A stretch of DNA of 64,000 nt, taken from assembly GCA_013178155.1 (NCBI GenBank), contig JABLXH010000018.1:2702-66701 (forward strand), in the 5' to 3' direction. Under the pieces are notes generated by a model. That model worked only from the letters and a program-made list of their open reading frames with translations. It was not told the DNA's origin and made no database searches. The stretch comes from Armatimonadota bacterium. GTDB taxonomy: Bacteria > Armatimonadota > Zipacnadia > Zipacnadales > UBA11051. Both the position numbers and the translations under genes were made by a program. This document shows positions 17,532 to 27,083 of the stretch, piece after piece (positions within the stretch are counted from its first letter, which is position 1; every line of letters starts with the position of its first letter).

Positions 17532-20185
17532 GGCAGCCGCTCCGTGATGGCGACAATCTCGTAGCTGGGGCCGTCGTCTCCTGCCCGCACCACGTCGCCC
17601 ACATGCCTGCCCACCAGCGCCTGACCCAGGGGGGCCTTGTAGGACACGACCTCATGGCCGTACTGGCTGTCGCCCTCTCCCAGCAGCCAGACCGTCTGTT
17701 CCTCGCCTGAGTCCACGTCCCGCAGCCGGATCTCCTTCCCAACGCCGGCAACCCCCGGTGGACGATGGATCTCCTCGATGACGAGAGCGCCTTCCATCTG
17801 CACCGAGAGGGCGTCATAGAGCGCCTTGGTGATGCCCTGGCGCTCGCGCGCGGCATGGTACTCGGCATTCTCGGACAGGTCCCCCAGGGCTCGCGCCTTG
17901 GCGATCTCCCGGGGGATCTCGTCATTGAGCTGGCGCTCCATCTCGCGCAGGCGCTCCGCCTGCAGCTCGAATGTCCTGCGGGTCATCAGCGTCACCCGCG
18001 GGTCCAGCTCTGGCGGAAGCTTCCCGTCATCCACCGGGGCGGCGCGACGGAAGCGGAGGATCTCGTCGGCCAACTGGGCATGCCCGGCTTCCTGCAGCAG
18101 AGCGTGAATGGCCAGTTGCACTTCACCCTCGATAGGCCGCCGTCGGTAGACGTCAAACAGCGCGTCAGTGGCCTCCGGCAGTTCGCGCTCCTTCAGGTGG
18201 GGCATCAGCGGCCCCGTCGCCCGGAGCAGACGGTTGGCGGTGCCGCGGCCCGCATGGCTGCCCTTGGCGCCCACGACCGAGAGGGCTGCGTGCAACAGAT
18301 ACCACGGGTCCACCGGCAACTCGCCCTCTGCCACACCCTCCCGGGTCAGCTCACCAGTGAGTATCAGGTCCGCGAGGGCCATCTTCTCCGCATAGTGGCC
18401 CCCCGCCAGCAGGAGGTCACTGACGTCATCCCAGAAGTGCTCACCACAGCGTTCGCGCAGCGTCTCCAGGCCCCGTCGCTGGACCGGAGCAAAGCGAGAG
18501 GTCAGAGCCTGAAAGGCCGCGTCTTTCCATGCCCTCGTTCGCAATGCCAGTTCCAGCAGCCGCTCCTGGTCCTCAACGGTCCAGCCGAGGGTCAGTGAGG
18601 TCTCGGGAAGGTACTGCTCGATGGCGGCCAGCCATTCACTCTCGCGGTGCGGGTACCAGCGGATGAGCAGCGGGAGAGCCCGCACCCAGTCGGAGCCCTT
18701 GGTGGTGTTGTGGAGCATCATCTCCAGCTCCGGACCGTAGGAAGCCCGGGCCCGGTTCTCAACGTCGGGATGCTGCTGCAGGAGCTTCACGATCAGCGAC
18801 ACGGCCCCCTTGACGCCCTTCCGGGCATCGAGGGTGGGCAGGGGCACCGCGGTCTCGTGGCCCTCCTGGGCCAGGCGGTAGATCTGCTGGAAAGCCCGGG
18901 AGCAGTCAACCCGTTGATCCTCTTCCAGAGCCTTGCGCGCCTTCTTCCACCACCCGGACCAGTCGTCCTCACTGATCAGCCAGTCCACGAGGCGGAGCTT
19001 GATGTCCGCCGTGGAGATCTCGCCACCGTTCTCCGCCAGCAGCCGACAGATGATGTCCGCCGGGCGCTCGGCGGCTTCCGCCTGGAGGGTGCTCAGGTCC
19101 GTGGCGCGCAGGACCTGAAGCGAGTCGGGAGCGAGTGGCGTGAGGACCTTCCGGGCCATCTCCAGGGCCATTCGGTGCCTGGGCTTCTCCGGGAAGTCTA
19201 TCATCAGCTCGCCGTCCTCGCTGTCCCGGATAAGCCCCACACCCCAGGTCCGATGTCCCACATAGGCCCCCGGGCTGAAGGCCACCGCCTGGTGGAAGGC
19301 GTCCAGCGCATCATCCAGTGGTAGTTCGGGGTTGTCCAGGCCTGTACTGTGGATGAGCTCGTCGAGAGTCTCGCTGTAGCGATGGGGCTGAGCCACAGCC
19401 CAGGCCCAGATGGGCCGCAGTGACGTCATTTGGGGCTCCTGGCGCAGAATGTCACCCAGGGTTGCCGCCAGCTGATCCACCATCTGCAGCTCGACGAGGG
19501 TGCCGGTAGCCAGGTCCAGAAGGGTGGTCAGAAGGTCGGACTGGCCGTGGCGAGCCATGCTGCGCATGATGTCCAGCAGACGCTCGTAGACAAGGGGGTC
19601 TCTGGACTCCAGCACGGCCAGAAGGGGATCCTCGGCGTGCTGAGGTTCCTTGAGCAGCACATAGCCCTTCAGCGCCTGCAATGCCAGCTCTACCGCATGG
19701 CCTGGACGGCCCGCGGCCAGTTCGGCCTGACTGCGTTCCCACAGCAAGTCGGGCGAATCGGCGCACTCCTCCCGGGCGACAGCCATGGCTTCGGTGATGT
19801 CCAAACCCCCCTCCTCGCCAGCACGTCGTACCAGGCGAACAAGCCGGTAGTCGCCGCTCAGGGGCATGGCCTGCAGGGCCAGGTCCACAACCCCTTCCCA
19901 GTCGCGCCGGGCCGCCAGATGCTGCGCCAGTTGCAGGTAGAGGTTGGAGGCGGCCTCCGTATCACCCCGAAGCTCGTCCGCGACAGCCCGGGCATACTGG
20001 GCCCGTGGGCTGCCGGGCGTGGCCTGCAGGACCTGGTTGGCAACGGCAGTCAGTTCCTCCAGTTCCTCCGCGGTGGCTTCGTCGAACAGCTCCACGATAG
20101 CCCGGCGGTCTTCGAGCAGAAGCGCGTTGGGCGCCTCGCGCGGTTCAGTCAGCAGAGTGCGCAAGCGGTCGGCTAGTTCGGCCAT
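17528..20185 (-). CDS. 886-aa protein with ~720-aa N-terminal helical (HEAT/TPR-like) region fused to a complete C-terminal GreA/GreB-type transcript cleavage factor module
   Basis: C-terminal 160 aa carry the GreA acidic-tip motif 'ALGDLSENAEYHAARERQ' and the FKBP-like 'VVSYKAPLGQALVGRHVGDVV'. ATG at 20183-20185 with AAGGAG 6 nt upstream. Confidence 0.8.
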   Translation of the reverse strand: MAELADRLRTLLTEPREAPNALLLEDRRAIVELFDEATAEELEELTAVANQVLQATPGSPRAQYARAVADELRGDTEAASNLYLQLAQHLAARRDWEGVVDLALQAMPLSGDYRLVRLVRRAGEEGGLDITEAMAVAREECADSPDLLWERSQAELAAGRPGHAVELALQALKGYVLLKEPQHAEDPLLAVLESRDPLVYERLLDIMRSMARHGQSDLLTTLLDLATGTLVELQMVDQLAATLGDILRQEPQMTSLRPIWAWAVAQPHRYSETLDELIHSTGLDNPELPLDDALDAFHQAVAFSPGAYVGHRTWGVGLIRDSEDGELMIDFPEKPRHRMALEMARKVLTPLAPDSLQVLRATDLSTLQAEAAERPADIICRLLAENGGEISTADIKLRLVDWLISEDDWSGWWKKARKALEEDQRVDCSRAFQQIYRLAQEGHETAVPLPTLDARKGVKGAVSLIVKLLQQHPDVENRARASYGPELEMMLHNTTKGSDWVRALPLLIRWYPHRESEWLAAIEQYLPETSLTLGWTVEDQERLLELALRTRAWKDAAFQALTSRFAPVQRRGLETLRERCGEHFWDDVSDLLLAGGHYAEKMALADLILTGELTREGVAEGELPVDPWYLLHAALSVVGAKGSHAGRGTANRLLRATGPLMPHLKERELPEATDALFDVYRRRPIEGEVQLAIHALLQEAGHAQLADEILRFRRAAPVDDGKLPPELDPRVTLMTRRTFELQAERLREMERQLNDEIPREIAKARALGDLSENAEYHAARERQGITKALYDALSVQMEGALVIEEIHRPPGVAGVGKEIRLRDVDSGEEQTVWLLGEGDSQYGHEVVSYKAPLGQALVGRHVGDVVRAGDDGPSYEIVAITERLP

Positions 20186-20372
20186 CAGGGACTCCTTGGC
20201 GGCAGGCACAAAACAAGGTACGACCGGCGGCGAGCCTGCCGTAGACCCCTGGGTTCGCCGCGCCCACCCCCGACCCCTTCTGCAACCGTGTCGAACCGGG
20301 ACACAGCCCAGGCAGGCGACGGCCCGCCCGGTAGCGAAACCTGCCTCCACCCTGACTGCACACCAACTCACC

Positions 20373-21356
20373 ATGCCCACGCGCCTGTTTGACGACGATG
20401 AGACTCCCCCTGCGGGAAGCCGGACCATACTGCCGACGGTCCCTCCCCTGTCACTGGATCAGGGCCTCTGCGCCCTGGTTGTCTGCCTGCAGGCCGCCCT
20501 GGCAGCCGCCGGGCAGACCCTTTCCTACGCCCGGCTCATGGGTCTTTTGGGCCCCGCTTTCATGTTTCGCATGGCCCCGGGTTTCCCGGCGACGGCGGCG
20601 GTGGTGGACCGTCAGCGTTACCTGACCAGTGTGCTTTGCGACCTGGGTTGGCAGCCCAGGTTGATAGCCAAACCTGACAAAGCGACGCTGGCCGAGGTCG
20701 TTGCCGCTGAGCTGGGACAGGGACGCCCTCTCCTCGTGCAGGGCTGGCCCCCCCAGCCGCTGGACTGGGCACTCATCTTCGGCCTGGAGGGACAGGAGCT
20801 ACTGGGGAGGTGGCTGGGCAGTGGGCGCGGTCCCCAGCGGGGCGCCTGCGCCGCCGACTTGGTTCTGGCCCTTGGGGCACCCAATGAACCGGTGGAGACC
20901 GCGACCGGCACGGCGGCGGCCCTGGCACGGGCCGTCACCCTCCTGGATGAGAGCCAGAAGGCTTTCCGCGTCTGGGCCGACCTCCTGGCTGCCGCGATGC
21001 CTTACGGGCCGCCGCTAGGACGGCGAGACCGGGTTCTGGCGGAGCAGTGGTTGGTGCAGTGTCTGGCTGACGCCCGTTGGGCCGGACAGGAGTTTCTGCA
21101 GCAATCCGCCGAGTTGTTCCCGGAAGCCATCGCGGAGGGGCTGGATTCCGCTGCGGACTGCTGTGCAGCTCTAGCCGAGCAGGTCGAGATGCTGCTGGTA
21201 CCATCGGATGCCGCCGGGACCGGTCCCTGGTTGGAAGAGGCCGACTGGCTGGGGCACCGTCGCGACATCATTGTGGAGGTCGCGGCGCGAGAGGCAGCCC
21301 TGGCCGACTTGCTCCGGCGGGCTCTTGACGGCGCAGGTGCCGAATACGTAGAGTGA
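20373..21356 (+). CDS. hypothetical protein (327 aa)
   Basis: ATG at 20373, 'MPTRLFDDDETPP...'. Divergent from the GreA-fusion gene. No recognised motifs. Confidence 0.55.
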   Translation: MPTRLFDDDETPPAGSRTILPTVPPLSLDQGLCALVVCLQAALAAAGQTLSYARLMGLLGPAFMFRMAPGFPATAAVVDRQRYLTSVLCDLGWQPRLIAKPDKATLAEVVAAELGQGRPLLVQGWPPQPLDWALIFGLEGQELLGRWLGSGRGPQRGACAADLVLALGAPNEPVETATGTAAALARAVTLLDESQKAFRVWADLLAAAMPYGPPLGRRDRVLAEQWLVQCLADARWAGQEFLQQSAELFPEAIAEGLDSAADCCAALAEQVEMLLVPSDAAGTGPWLEEADWLGHRRDIIVEVAAREAALADLLRRALDGAGAEYVE

Positions 21357-21406
21357 AGCGTGAACCGAGACAAGCGCGGCGATCAGAGCTGCGCGAGGAG
21401 CACATC

Positions 21407-22204
21407 ATGCTGCGAGCGGCCGCAATCGGGCTGATGACACTGCTCACAGCCTCAGCCTGCCTCACCGATGAGTTCAGGGACTATCCCGAGTTCCGCTATA
21501 TGTCGGGTCTGCCCGGGGGTGGCTTCGGCGTGACGCCGGACCATGCCGTCGGTTTTGACGGGGCCCTGCAACTCAATATCCCGGTGGGCTATACGCCCGG
21601 CGCGGGCAGTTACCTCCTCGGCGGCTACAGCAGCGCCGTAGACGGCGGGTTTCCCACCGATTACGACGGGGCCGATGTCAATGGCATGGCGGTCTTCGGT
21701 CTGGGTGGCACTTGGCGCGGACATGGCTTGTGGTTGGCGGACATGGAGACCGGTGAGGAGTTGGAGTCGGCGTACAACCTGCAGGTGGAGCTGGTGCCGG
21801 CCAGGCCGGGGCGCCCCGGCGTCTCGATAGGTGTGGTGGACCTGTTCGGCCGGCGCACCTCCGACCTGGAGCACCCCGAATACACCGATAGCCGCTCCTT
21901 CTTTGTGGCGGCCACCTGGGCCGCCGGTGACGAGCGTCATCCGCTGTGGGTGACCATGGGCGCCGGCAACGGGCGCTTCAACGACCGCCTCTTCGGTGGC
22001 ATCAGCTACCAGGCCACCGACCGCCTGAAGCTGATGGCGGAGTACGATGGCTGGAACGTCAACGCTGGTGCCGCTTACGACATTTCGGGCGGCTGGGGCG
22101 ATGGGGAATGGCATACTGTGGCCGTGGGCGGCCTGACCGACCTGGACCGCATCACCATCGGCCTCACCGTCACCCGTACCAGTCCGGACGACTGGCCCTG
22201 GTAA
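21407..22204 (+). CDS. secreted hypothetical protein, paralog A of a tandem pair
   Basis: GAGGAG RBS and signal peptide 'MLRAAAIGLMTLLTASAC'. It shares 'EF.DYP.FRYMSGLPGGG...GFDGALQLNIPV.YTP...YDGWN.NAGAA.D' with the next gene. Confidence 0.7.
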   Translation: MLRAAAIGLMTLLTASACLTDEFRDYPEFRYMSGLPGGGFGVTPDHAVGFDGALQLNIPVGYTPGAGSYLLGGYSSAVDGGFPTDYDGADVNGMAVFGLGGTWRGHGLWLADMETGEELESAYNLQVELVPARPGRPGVSIGVVDLFGRRTSDLEHPEYTDSRSFFVAATWAAGDERHPLWVTMGAGNGRFNDRLFGGISYQATDRLKLMAEYDGWNVNAGAAYDISGGWGDGEWHTVAVGGLTDLDRITIGLTVTRTSPDDWPW

Positions 22205-22238
22205 GCAGCTCAGACCGCAGCAAAGAGAGGGCACGGCG

Positions 22239-23018
22239 ATGCACACCAGACTTGTTGCGCTTACGCTGGGGCTCGGGTTGGCCGTCGCCGTTAGTGCCGA
22301 GGAGTTCGAGGACTATCCCCAGTTCCGGTACATGTCGGGTCTTCCCGGTGGCGGGTACGCAGTCGATCCCGACGGCTATGTCGGTTTCGACGGCGCCCTG
22401 CAGTTGAACATACCGGTGGCCTACACTCCGTCATCAGGCAACTACCTCGGCACCTATCACTCCTCGGCCGTCAATGGCGGTGTCGAGATCAGCTTCGGCG
22501 GCGACGACGCCAACGGGACGGGGACCATTGCCGCCGGCTTCGGCCCCGAAGGCAACGGGCTGTACCTCGCGGCCATGCTCACCGGGAAAGGAAACGGAGG
22601 CGAAGCCGCGTACAATATGCAGTACCAGATCCTCGCTGAAACGGACAACCGGCCGGGCTTGGCTATCGGTGTGGTGGACATCCTCAACATGCGCCCGGAG
22701 AAGCGGTCCGAGATCTTCGCGGGCGGTGGGCGATCGTTTTACATCGCCGCCACGCGCAGCTATCCCGATGCCAGGTACCCCAGTTACTGGACCGTGGGAT
22801 TCGGCGACGGAAGGTTCAATGACCGTCCGTTTGCGGGGGTGTGTGTGGATGTCAATCCGCGTCTCAAGCTGGCCGCGGAATATGATGGCTGGAACATCAA
22901 CGCCGGGGCCGCGTGGGATGCGTGGCGTCATGACCAGTGGCACGCGGTCGTCCTCGCCGGCCTCACCGACCTGGATCGCTGGACGGTGGGCGCCACCATC
23001 ACCCGCTGCCCTGACTAG
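22239..23018 (+). CDS. secreted hypothetical protein, paralog B of a tandem pair
   Basis: Signal peptide 'MHTRLVALTLGLGLAVAVSA'. It is colinear with the upstream gene along its whole length. Confidence 0.7.
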   Translation: MHTRLVALTLGLGLAVAVSAEEFEDYPQFRYMSGLPGGGYAVDPDGYVGFDGALQLNIPVAYTPSSGNYLGTYHSSAVNGGVEISFGGDDANGTGTIAAGFGPEGNGLYLAAMLTGKGNGGEAAYNMQYQILAETDNRPGLAIGVVDILNMRPEKRSEIFAGGGRSFYIAATRSYPDARYPSYWTVGFGDGRFNDRPFAGVCVDVNPRLKLAAEYDGWNINAGAAWDAWRHDQWHAVVLAGLTDLDRWTVGATITRCPD

Positions 23019-23056
23019 GCAGCCTACCGCTCGACCCCCTGCCGGAGGAGCCTGCC

Positions 23057-24013
23057 ATGGCGGCACGAATCGTTGTGCTGGGCAACATCAACCAAGACTT
23101 CGTGATGCGGGCTGAGCGGATGCCGCGGCCCGGGGAGACCATCCTGGGCGACGACCTGCGATTCGTGGCGGGGGGCAAGGGCGCCAACCAGTCTGTGACC
23201 GCCGCCCGTCTGGGCGCTCAGGTGGCCCTGATCGGGTGTGTGGGTCGCGATGCCTTCGGCCCGACCCTGCTGGACAACCTGCGGCGCGAGGGCGTGGACA
23301 CCCAACACGTGGGCCTGGACGACGACATCGCCACCGGCGCTGCCTTCATCGCCCTGGCGCCAGATGGCCAGAACAGCATCCTGTCAGTAGGTGGCGCGAA
23401 CATGGCGGTGACGCCGCAGCACGTGGAGGCGGCAGCGCCCGCGATCGCTCAGGCGGATATGTGCCTGGTGCAGTTCGCCGTGCCCATCGAGAGCGTGGAA
23501 CGGTTCATTGCCCTGGCACGTGAGCACGATGTGCCCGTTCTGCTGGACCCGACCCCGGCCATGGACAGACTGCCCGTGAACTGGCACCAGGCCAGCATCC
23601 TCACGCCCAACGAGACCGAGACCGAATATGTGATCGGTTATGTGTGCCCCGACCGTGCCACAGCCGTGCAGGCTGCGCGGGAGATACACTCCCGGGGGGT
23701 CAACATCGCCGTGGTAAAGCAGGGCCCCGACGGCTGCATCGTCTGTGACGCCGACGGCTGCCGATTGGTCGGAGGGTACCGCGTAGACGTGGTGGATACC
23801 ACCGGCGCGGGCGACGCCTTCGCCGCCGGTCTCGGCGTGGCCCTGGCGGAGGGCCTGCCCGTCAACCAGGCTCTGGCCTTCGCCAACGCCTGCGGCGCCC
23901 TGGCCTGCACCCGTTTCGGTGCCCAGACCAGCCTGCCCCACCGGAGCGAAGTCGAGGCCTTATTGGCGGACCGCGGCGGCCTCGCAGGCGCCACGGTGAC
24001 CGCCCTGACTTGA
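23057..24013 (+). CDS. rbsK: ribokinase (PfkB family)
   Basis: 'GGKGANQ' and 'DTTGAGDAF' PfkB motifs. Typical ribokinase length. GGAGGAG RBS 6 nt upstream. Confidence 0.88.
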   Translation: MAARIVVLGNINQDFVMRAERMPRPGETILGDDLRFVAGGKGANQSVTAARLGAQVALIGCVGRDAFGPTLLDNLRREGVDTQHVGLDDDIATGAAFIALAPDGQNSILSVGGANMAVTPQHVEAAAPAIAQADMCLVQFAVPIESVERFIALAREHDVPVLLDPTPAMDRLPVNWHQASILTPNETETEYVIGYVCPDRATAVQAAREIHSRGVNIAVVKQGPDGCIVCDADGCRLVGGYRVDVVDTTGAGDAFAAGLGVALAEGLPVNQALAFANACGALACTRFGAQTSLPHRSEVEALLADRGGLAGATVTALT

Positions 24014-24024
24014 GGGCACCCTTG

Positions 24025-25932
24025 CTAGTTGACTAGCTCGGCAGCCTTGAGCTGCCTCATGGTCTCCGGCACCGGGCTGCCGACTGTCGGCAGGATCAGC
24101 AGCAGGCTTTCATGGTACATGGTCACCGGTGCCTTGCGGAGCCGGAAAAGCTGCCCGATGAGCGGGATCTGCCCCAGGAACGGGACCACGTTCGGCGACC
24201 GGGGCTGGGTGGTCTGGATCTCCAGGCTGGACAGCTCCAGGGGGACCAGGGACTCCGCGTAGCGCACCGTGCTGACCTCGTGCTTCCCGACCCGTGCCTG
24301 CGGCCACGACGTTGCCTGCGCCGGGACGGCTGTCCCCGGGTCGTTGTGTGTGACAGTCAGCTTGATGTTGACCTCGGCCGTTCTCCCGTTGAGCATCACC
24401 GTCGGCGTAAGCGTGACCTGCGCTCCGTCGTTGAGGGCCTCCCAAGTCTGGGCCTCCTGGCTGGCCGCCATGGCCAACCCCAGGCTGCCCATGGCCACAC
24501 TGGTGGGTGAGCCGCCCAGGAGCGCGCCGAGCCTGGCAGCCAAGGCATCGGCGGTGCCGGGGCTCGTGGCGGTCCCTGCCGCCGTGCTGTCGAGTTTGCC
24601 CAGCTTCGTGGACTCGACGTAACTCACCGCCGCCCCGGTCAGCGTGATAGCACAGCCGGAGAGACCGGTCACGGTAGTATGCGTCACGCAGCCGAGCCCT
24701 GACGTGCGCCGCGGCCCGACGCCTGCCTCAAGTGCCTTCATCGCCGGGTCGACGACCTCGGCTCTGAGCCTGCCCGTTGCGGCGGCACTGATCTCGTTCA
24801 GGGACCGCTGTGCCCTGTTCTGTGTCTCTCTCCAGGTGTCGAGGTCTGCACCACCGAGCAGTCCAGGACCCCGCGCGGCGTCGGCTCGGTAGGCCTCGAG
24901 GGCGCCGGCCCAGTCACTGGTCCGCTGCCCGGTCAGTTGCTCGAGGGTGGCGGCCCCTGTCGTGCTGGGGTTGGCCAACAACGCAGCCGCCAGAGGCGTG
25001 ACACCCAGTTCCCTGTACTCATCAGCCCGGTCTGCCTTCTGTAGGGCCTCCGCAAGCTTCTTGGCGAGGTCCGAGCGCACCGTCCGCTGCCATTCGTCAC
25101 ACGCGAGTTGGATACGCTTGATATCCTTCCTGACCTCCTCAACACGCCTCGCGACGTCCTTGCGGTCGCGGCCGCTGACCTGGACGGCCCAGATGTCGAA
25201 GGTCACCTGAGGCAGCGGCCGGTCGATCTCCGCCACCATGCGCCTGAGCTGGTACACCTGATGGACGGGGCCAGAGAGCATGAGGAAGGGGACCGTGTCG
25301 TCGGCAGTCGCCGCGCCGACCTTGACCTCAGGCGCTAATGCCGGCGCCAGGGAGTTGAGCATGGCGCCTACGGCCGCCGGCTTGCGGACGTAGTAGAGCT
25401 GGACTCGCTCGCAGACAGGCACTGAGGGGTCGCGGATATAGCCGCTCTGCAGCAGCATCGCCTCGGCACTCGCCACCGCTGAGACCGGCCCGCGGACCAG
25501 GAAGTGGGTCCCCTGGTGGTCCCAATCGGGGACCTGGTTGCTCAGAAGAACCCTTTCGGTGGCTTCCCACAGGCTCTCGCTGGTCAGCTCGTATATGCGT
25601 GTCTCATTGAGTTGAGCAAGTTTCTGCACGATCTCAACGATGCGCTCGTAGTCCTGCCTGCGGGAATAGACGCCCAGCATCTCCCGCCCCAGAAGGAAAG
25701 CCTTGCCGTTCTCAGTGCTGGTCTGCGGTGTCAGAATGGCCTTCGCCGCATTCTCCACCTCCGTCGCCCTCTGCGCGCCAATGCCCGCTGGCAGTGGCAC
25801 CCAGCGCAGAGCGAATGACTCTTGTGTGTTCCCAAGACGCGGCATCACAAGCGCCACGACCGACATAGCCGCTGTCAGCCCCAGCAGTCTGTGCCCCGGA
25901 GTGACGACCCATCGCTGCCTCCGCATAGCCAT
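24025..25932 (-). CDS. secretin family outer-membrane channel protein (T2SS/T4P GspD/PilQ-like), orphan
   Basis: C-terminal secretin signature 'VPFLGQIPLIGQLFRLRKAPVTMYHESLLLILPT'. N-terminal signal/anchor 'MAMRRQRWVV...'. The start (25926 or 25932) is ambiguous. No other secretion-system genes are adjacent. Confidence 0.7.
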   Translation of the reverse strand: MAMRRQRWVVTPGHRLLGLTAAMSVVALVMPRLGNTQESFALRWVPLPAGIGAQRATEVENAAKAILTPQTSTENGKAFLLGREMLGVYSRRQDYERIVEIVQKLAQLNETRIYELTSESLWEATERVLLSNQVPDWDHQGTHFLVRGPVSAVASAEAMLLQSGYIRDPSVPVCERVQLYYVRKPAAVGAMLNSLAPALAPEVKVGAATADDTVPFLMLSGPVHQVYQLRRMVAEIDRPLPQVTFDIWAVQVSGRDRKDVARRVEEVRKDIKRIQLACDEWQRTVRSDLAKKLAEALQKADRADEYRELGVTPLAAALLANPSTTGAATLEQLTGQRTSDWAGALEAYRADAARGPGLLGGADLDTWRETQNRAQRSLNEISAAATGRLRAEVVDPAMKALEAGVGPRRTSGLGCVTHTTVTGLSGCAITLTGAAVSYVESTKLGKLDSTAAGTATSPGTADALAARLGALLGGSPTSVAMGSLGLAMAASQEAQTWEALNDGAQVTLTPTVMLNGRTAEVNIKLTVTHNDPGTAVPAQATSWPQARVGKHEVSTVRYAESLVPLELSSLEIQTTQPRSPNVVPFLGQIPLIGQLFRLRKAPVTMYHESLLLILPTVGSPVPETMRQLKAAELVN

Positions 25933-26151
25933 CGCCTCCTGCCATGTTCCCGCTGAGGACCCGCGTCTCACCACGGGTGAGTCCCCGCCCTGAGACCGAC
26001 TTCGGACTGAGCTGCCCACTCTCCTACCGCGATTTTGGGAGTGTGCATCGCGCGGCACCCCGGCGAGACATCGCGCGGATCGCAGGCAGGCCTGCTGTGG
26101 GCGACTGTCGAAAGGGGCGCACAGCATGCATGCAGAGAGGGGATATGACAG

Positions 26152-26949
26152 ATGCGCCTGGCCTTCATCGCCAACAACGACCTGCCGGGACTTGAGGCGG
26201 ACGCCAGATTCGCGGCCCAGCACGGCTTCGCGGGACTGGAGTTCAACTACTGGGGAGACTTTGCACAGCTTGAGCGCGAGACCGTGGTAGAGATGAGGCG
26301 GGTGCTAGACCGACACGGCGTCGGCTGCTGCATGCTGGGGCTGTGGGGCTGGAACCATCTCGCCCCTGACCCGCAGGAGCGAGCGACGGCCCATGCCATG
26401 CTGCAGCGTGCCATCGAGTATGCCGGCTTGCTCGGTGCGGAAGTGCTGACCACCGGCGGCGGCGTAGCAGTGCCAGGAAACCTGCAGGCGAATGTGGATG
26501 AATTCCTTGGGGTCTTCCCGCCGTTCCTGGACGCGGCCCACGCCGCAGGACTTGCCACGGCCTTCTATGCCGTCCATGGGAACAGCTTCTTTGACACCCT
26601 GGATGCCTACGAGGCAGTCTGGGAGCATCGGCCCGAGGTTACCATCAAGTACGATCCCGCCAACTGGCAACACGCTGGCGAGGACTATCTGGCGGTCGTG
26701 CGGCGCCACGGCGACAAGGTCGGGCACGTCCACATCAAGGAGCATCTCTACCACGCTGGCGACCTGGCCTCCCAGCCGGCCGCCGGCATGGGTGACATCG
26801 AGTGGGGGAAGGTCATGGCCTTCCTGTACGAGCACGCTTACTCCGGCTATCTGTCCTTCGAGCCCCACGGGCCGCTCTGGTCAAGACCGCCGCTGCGCGA
26901 GAAGATGCTGCTGCTGAGCCGTAAGCACCTGGACCAGTTCCTCCTGTAA
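26152..26949 (+). CDS. sugar phosphate isomerase/epimerase (xylose isomerase-like TIM barrel)
   Basis: The 265-aa ORF shows the conserved His/Glu-containing barrel pattern ('HVHIKEH', 'SFEPHGP') typical of the AP-endonuclease-2/xylose-isomerase-like TIM-barrel family. Confidence 0.78.
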   Translation: MRLAFIANNDLPGLEADARFAAQHGFAGLEFNYWGDFAQLERETVVEMRRVLDRHGVGCCMLGLWGWNHLAPDPQERATAHAMLQRAIEYAGLLGAEVLTTGGGVAVPGNLQANVDEFLGVFPPFLDAAHAAGLATAFYAVHGNSFFDTLDAYEAVWEHRPEVTIKYDPANWQHAGEDYLAVVRRHGDKVGHVHIKEHLYHAGDLASQPAAGMGDIEWGKVMAFLYEHAYSGYLSFEPHGPLWSRPPLREKMLLLSRKHLDQFLL

Positions 26950-26956
26950 GAGCAAT

Positions 26957-26986
26957 GGGCGGGGCGTCCTGCGCGCCGCCCCGCCC
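26957..26986. terminator. perfect hairpin GGGCGGGGCG-n10-CGCCCCGCCC in a convergent intergenic region (putative bidirectional terminator)
   Basis: Seen directly in the sequence. It lies 8 nt after the isomerase stop, with genes converging from both sides. Confidence 0.55.
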
Positions 26987-27018
26987 GGCTCTTCCCGCAT
27001 CATCCCGGCAAATCGATA

Positions 27019-27057
27019 GGGCCCCGCCAGGCAACCACTCGGAGACTGGCGGGGCCC
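27019..27057. terminator. second perfect hairpin GGGCCCCGCCAG-n15-CTGGCGGGGCCC in the same convergent gap
   Basis: A 12-bp perfect inverted repeat, ~27 nt upstream (plus coordinates) of the stop of the minus-strand 27084..27539 gene. Confidence 0.5.
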
Positions 27058-27083
27058 TGCGCTCTTACAGTCGGCGTGAGACG

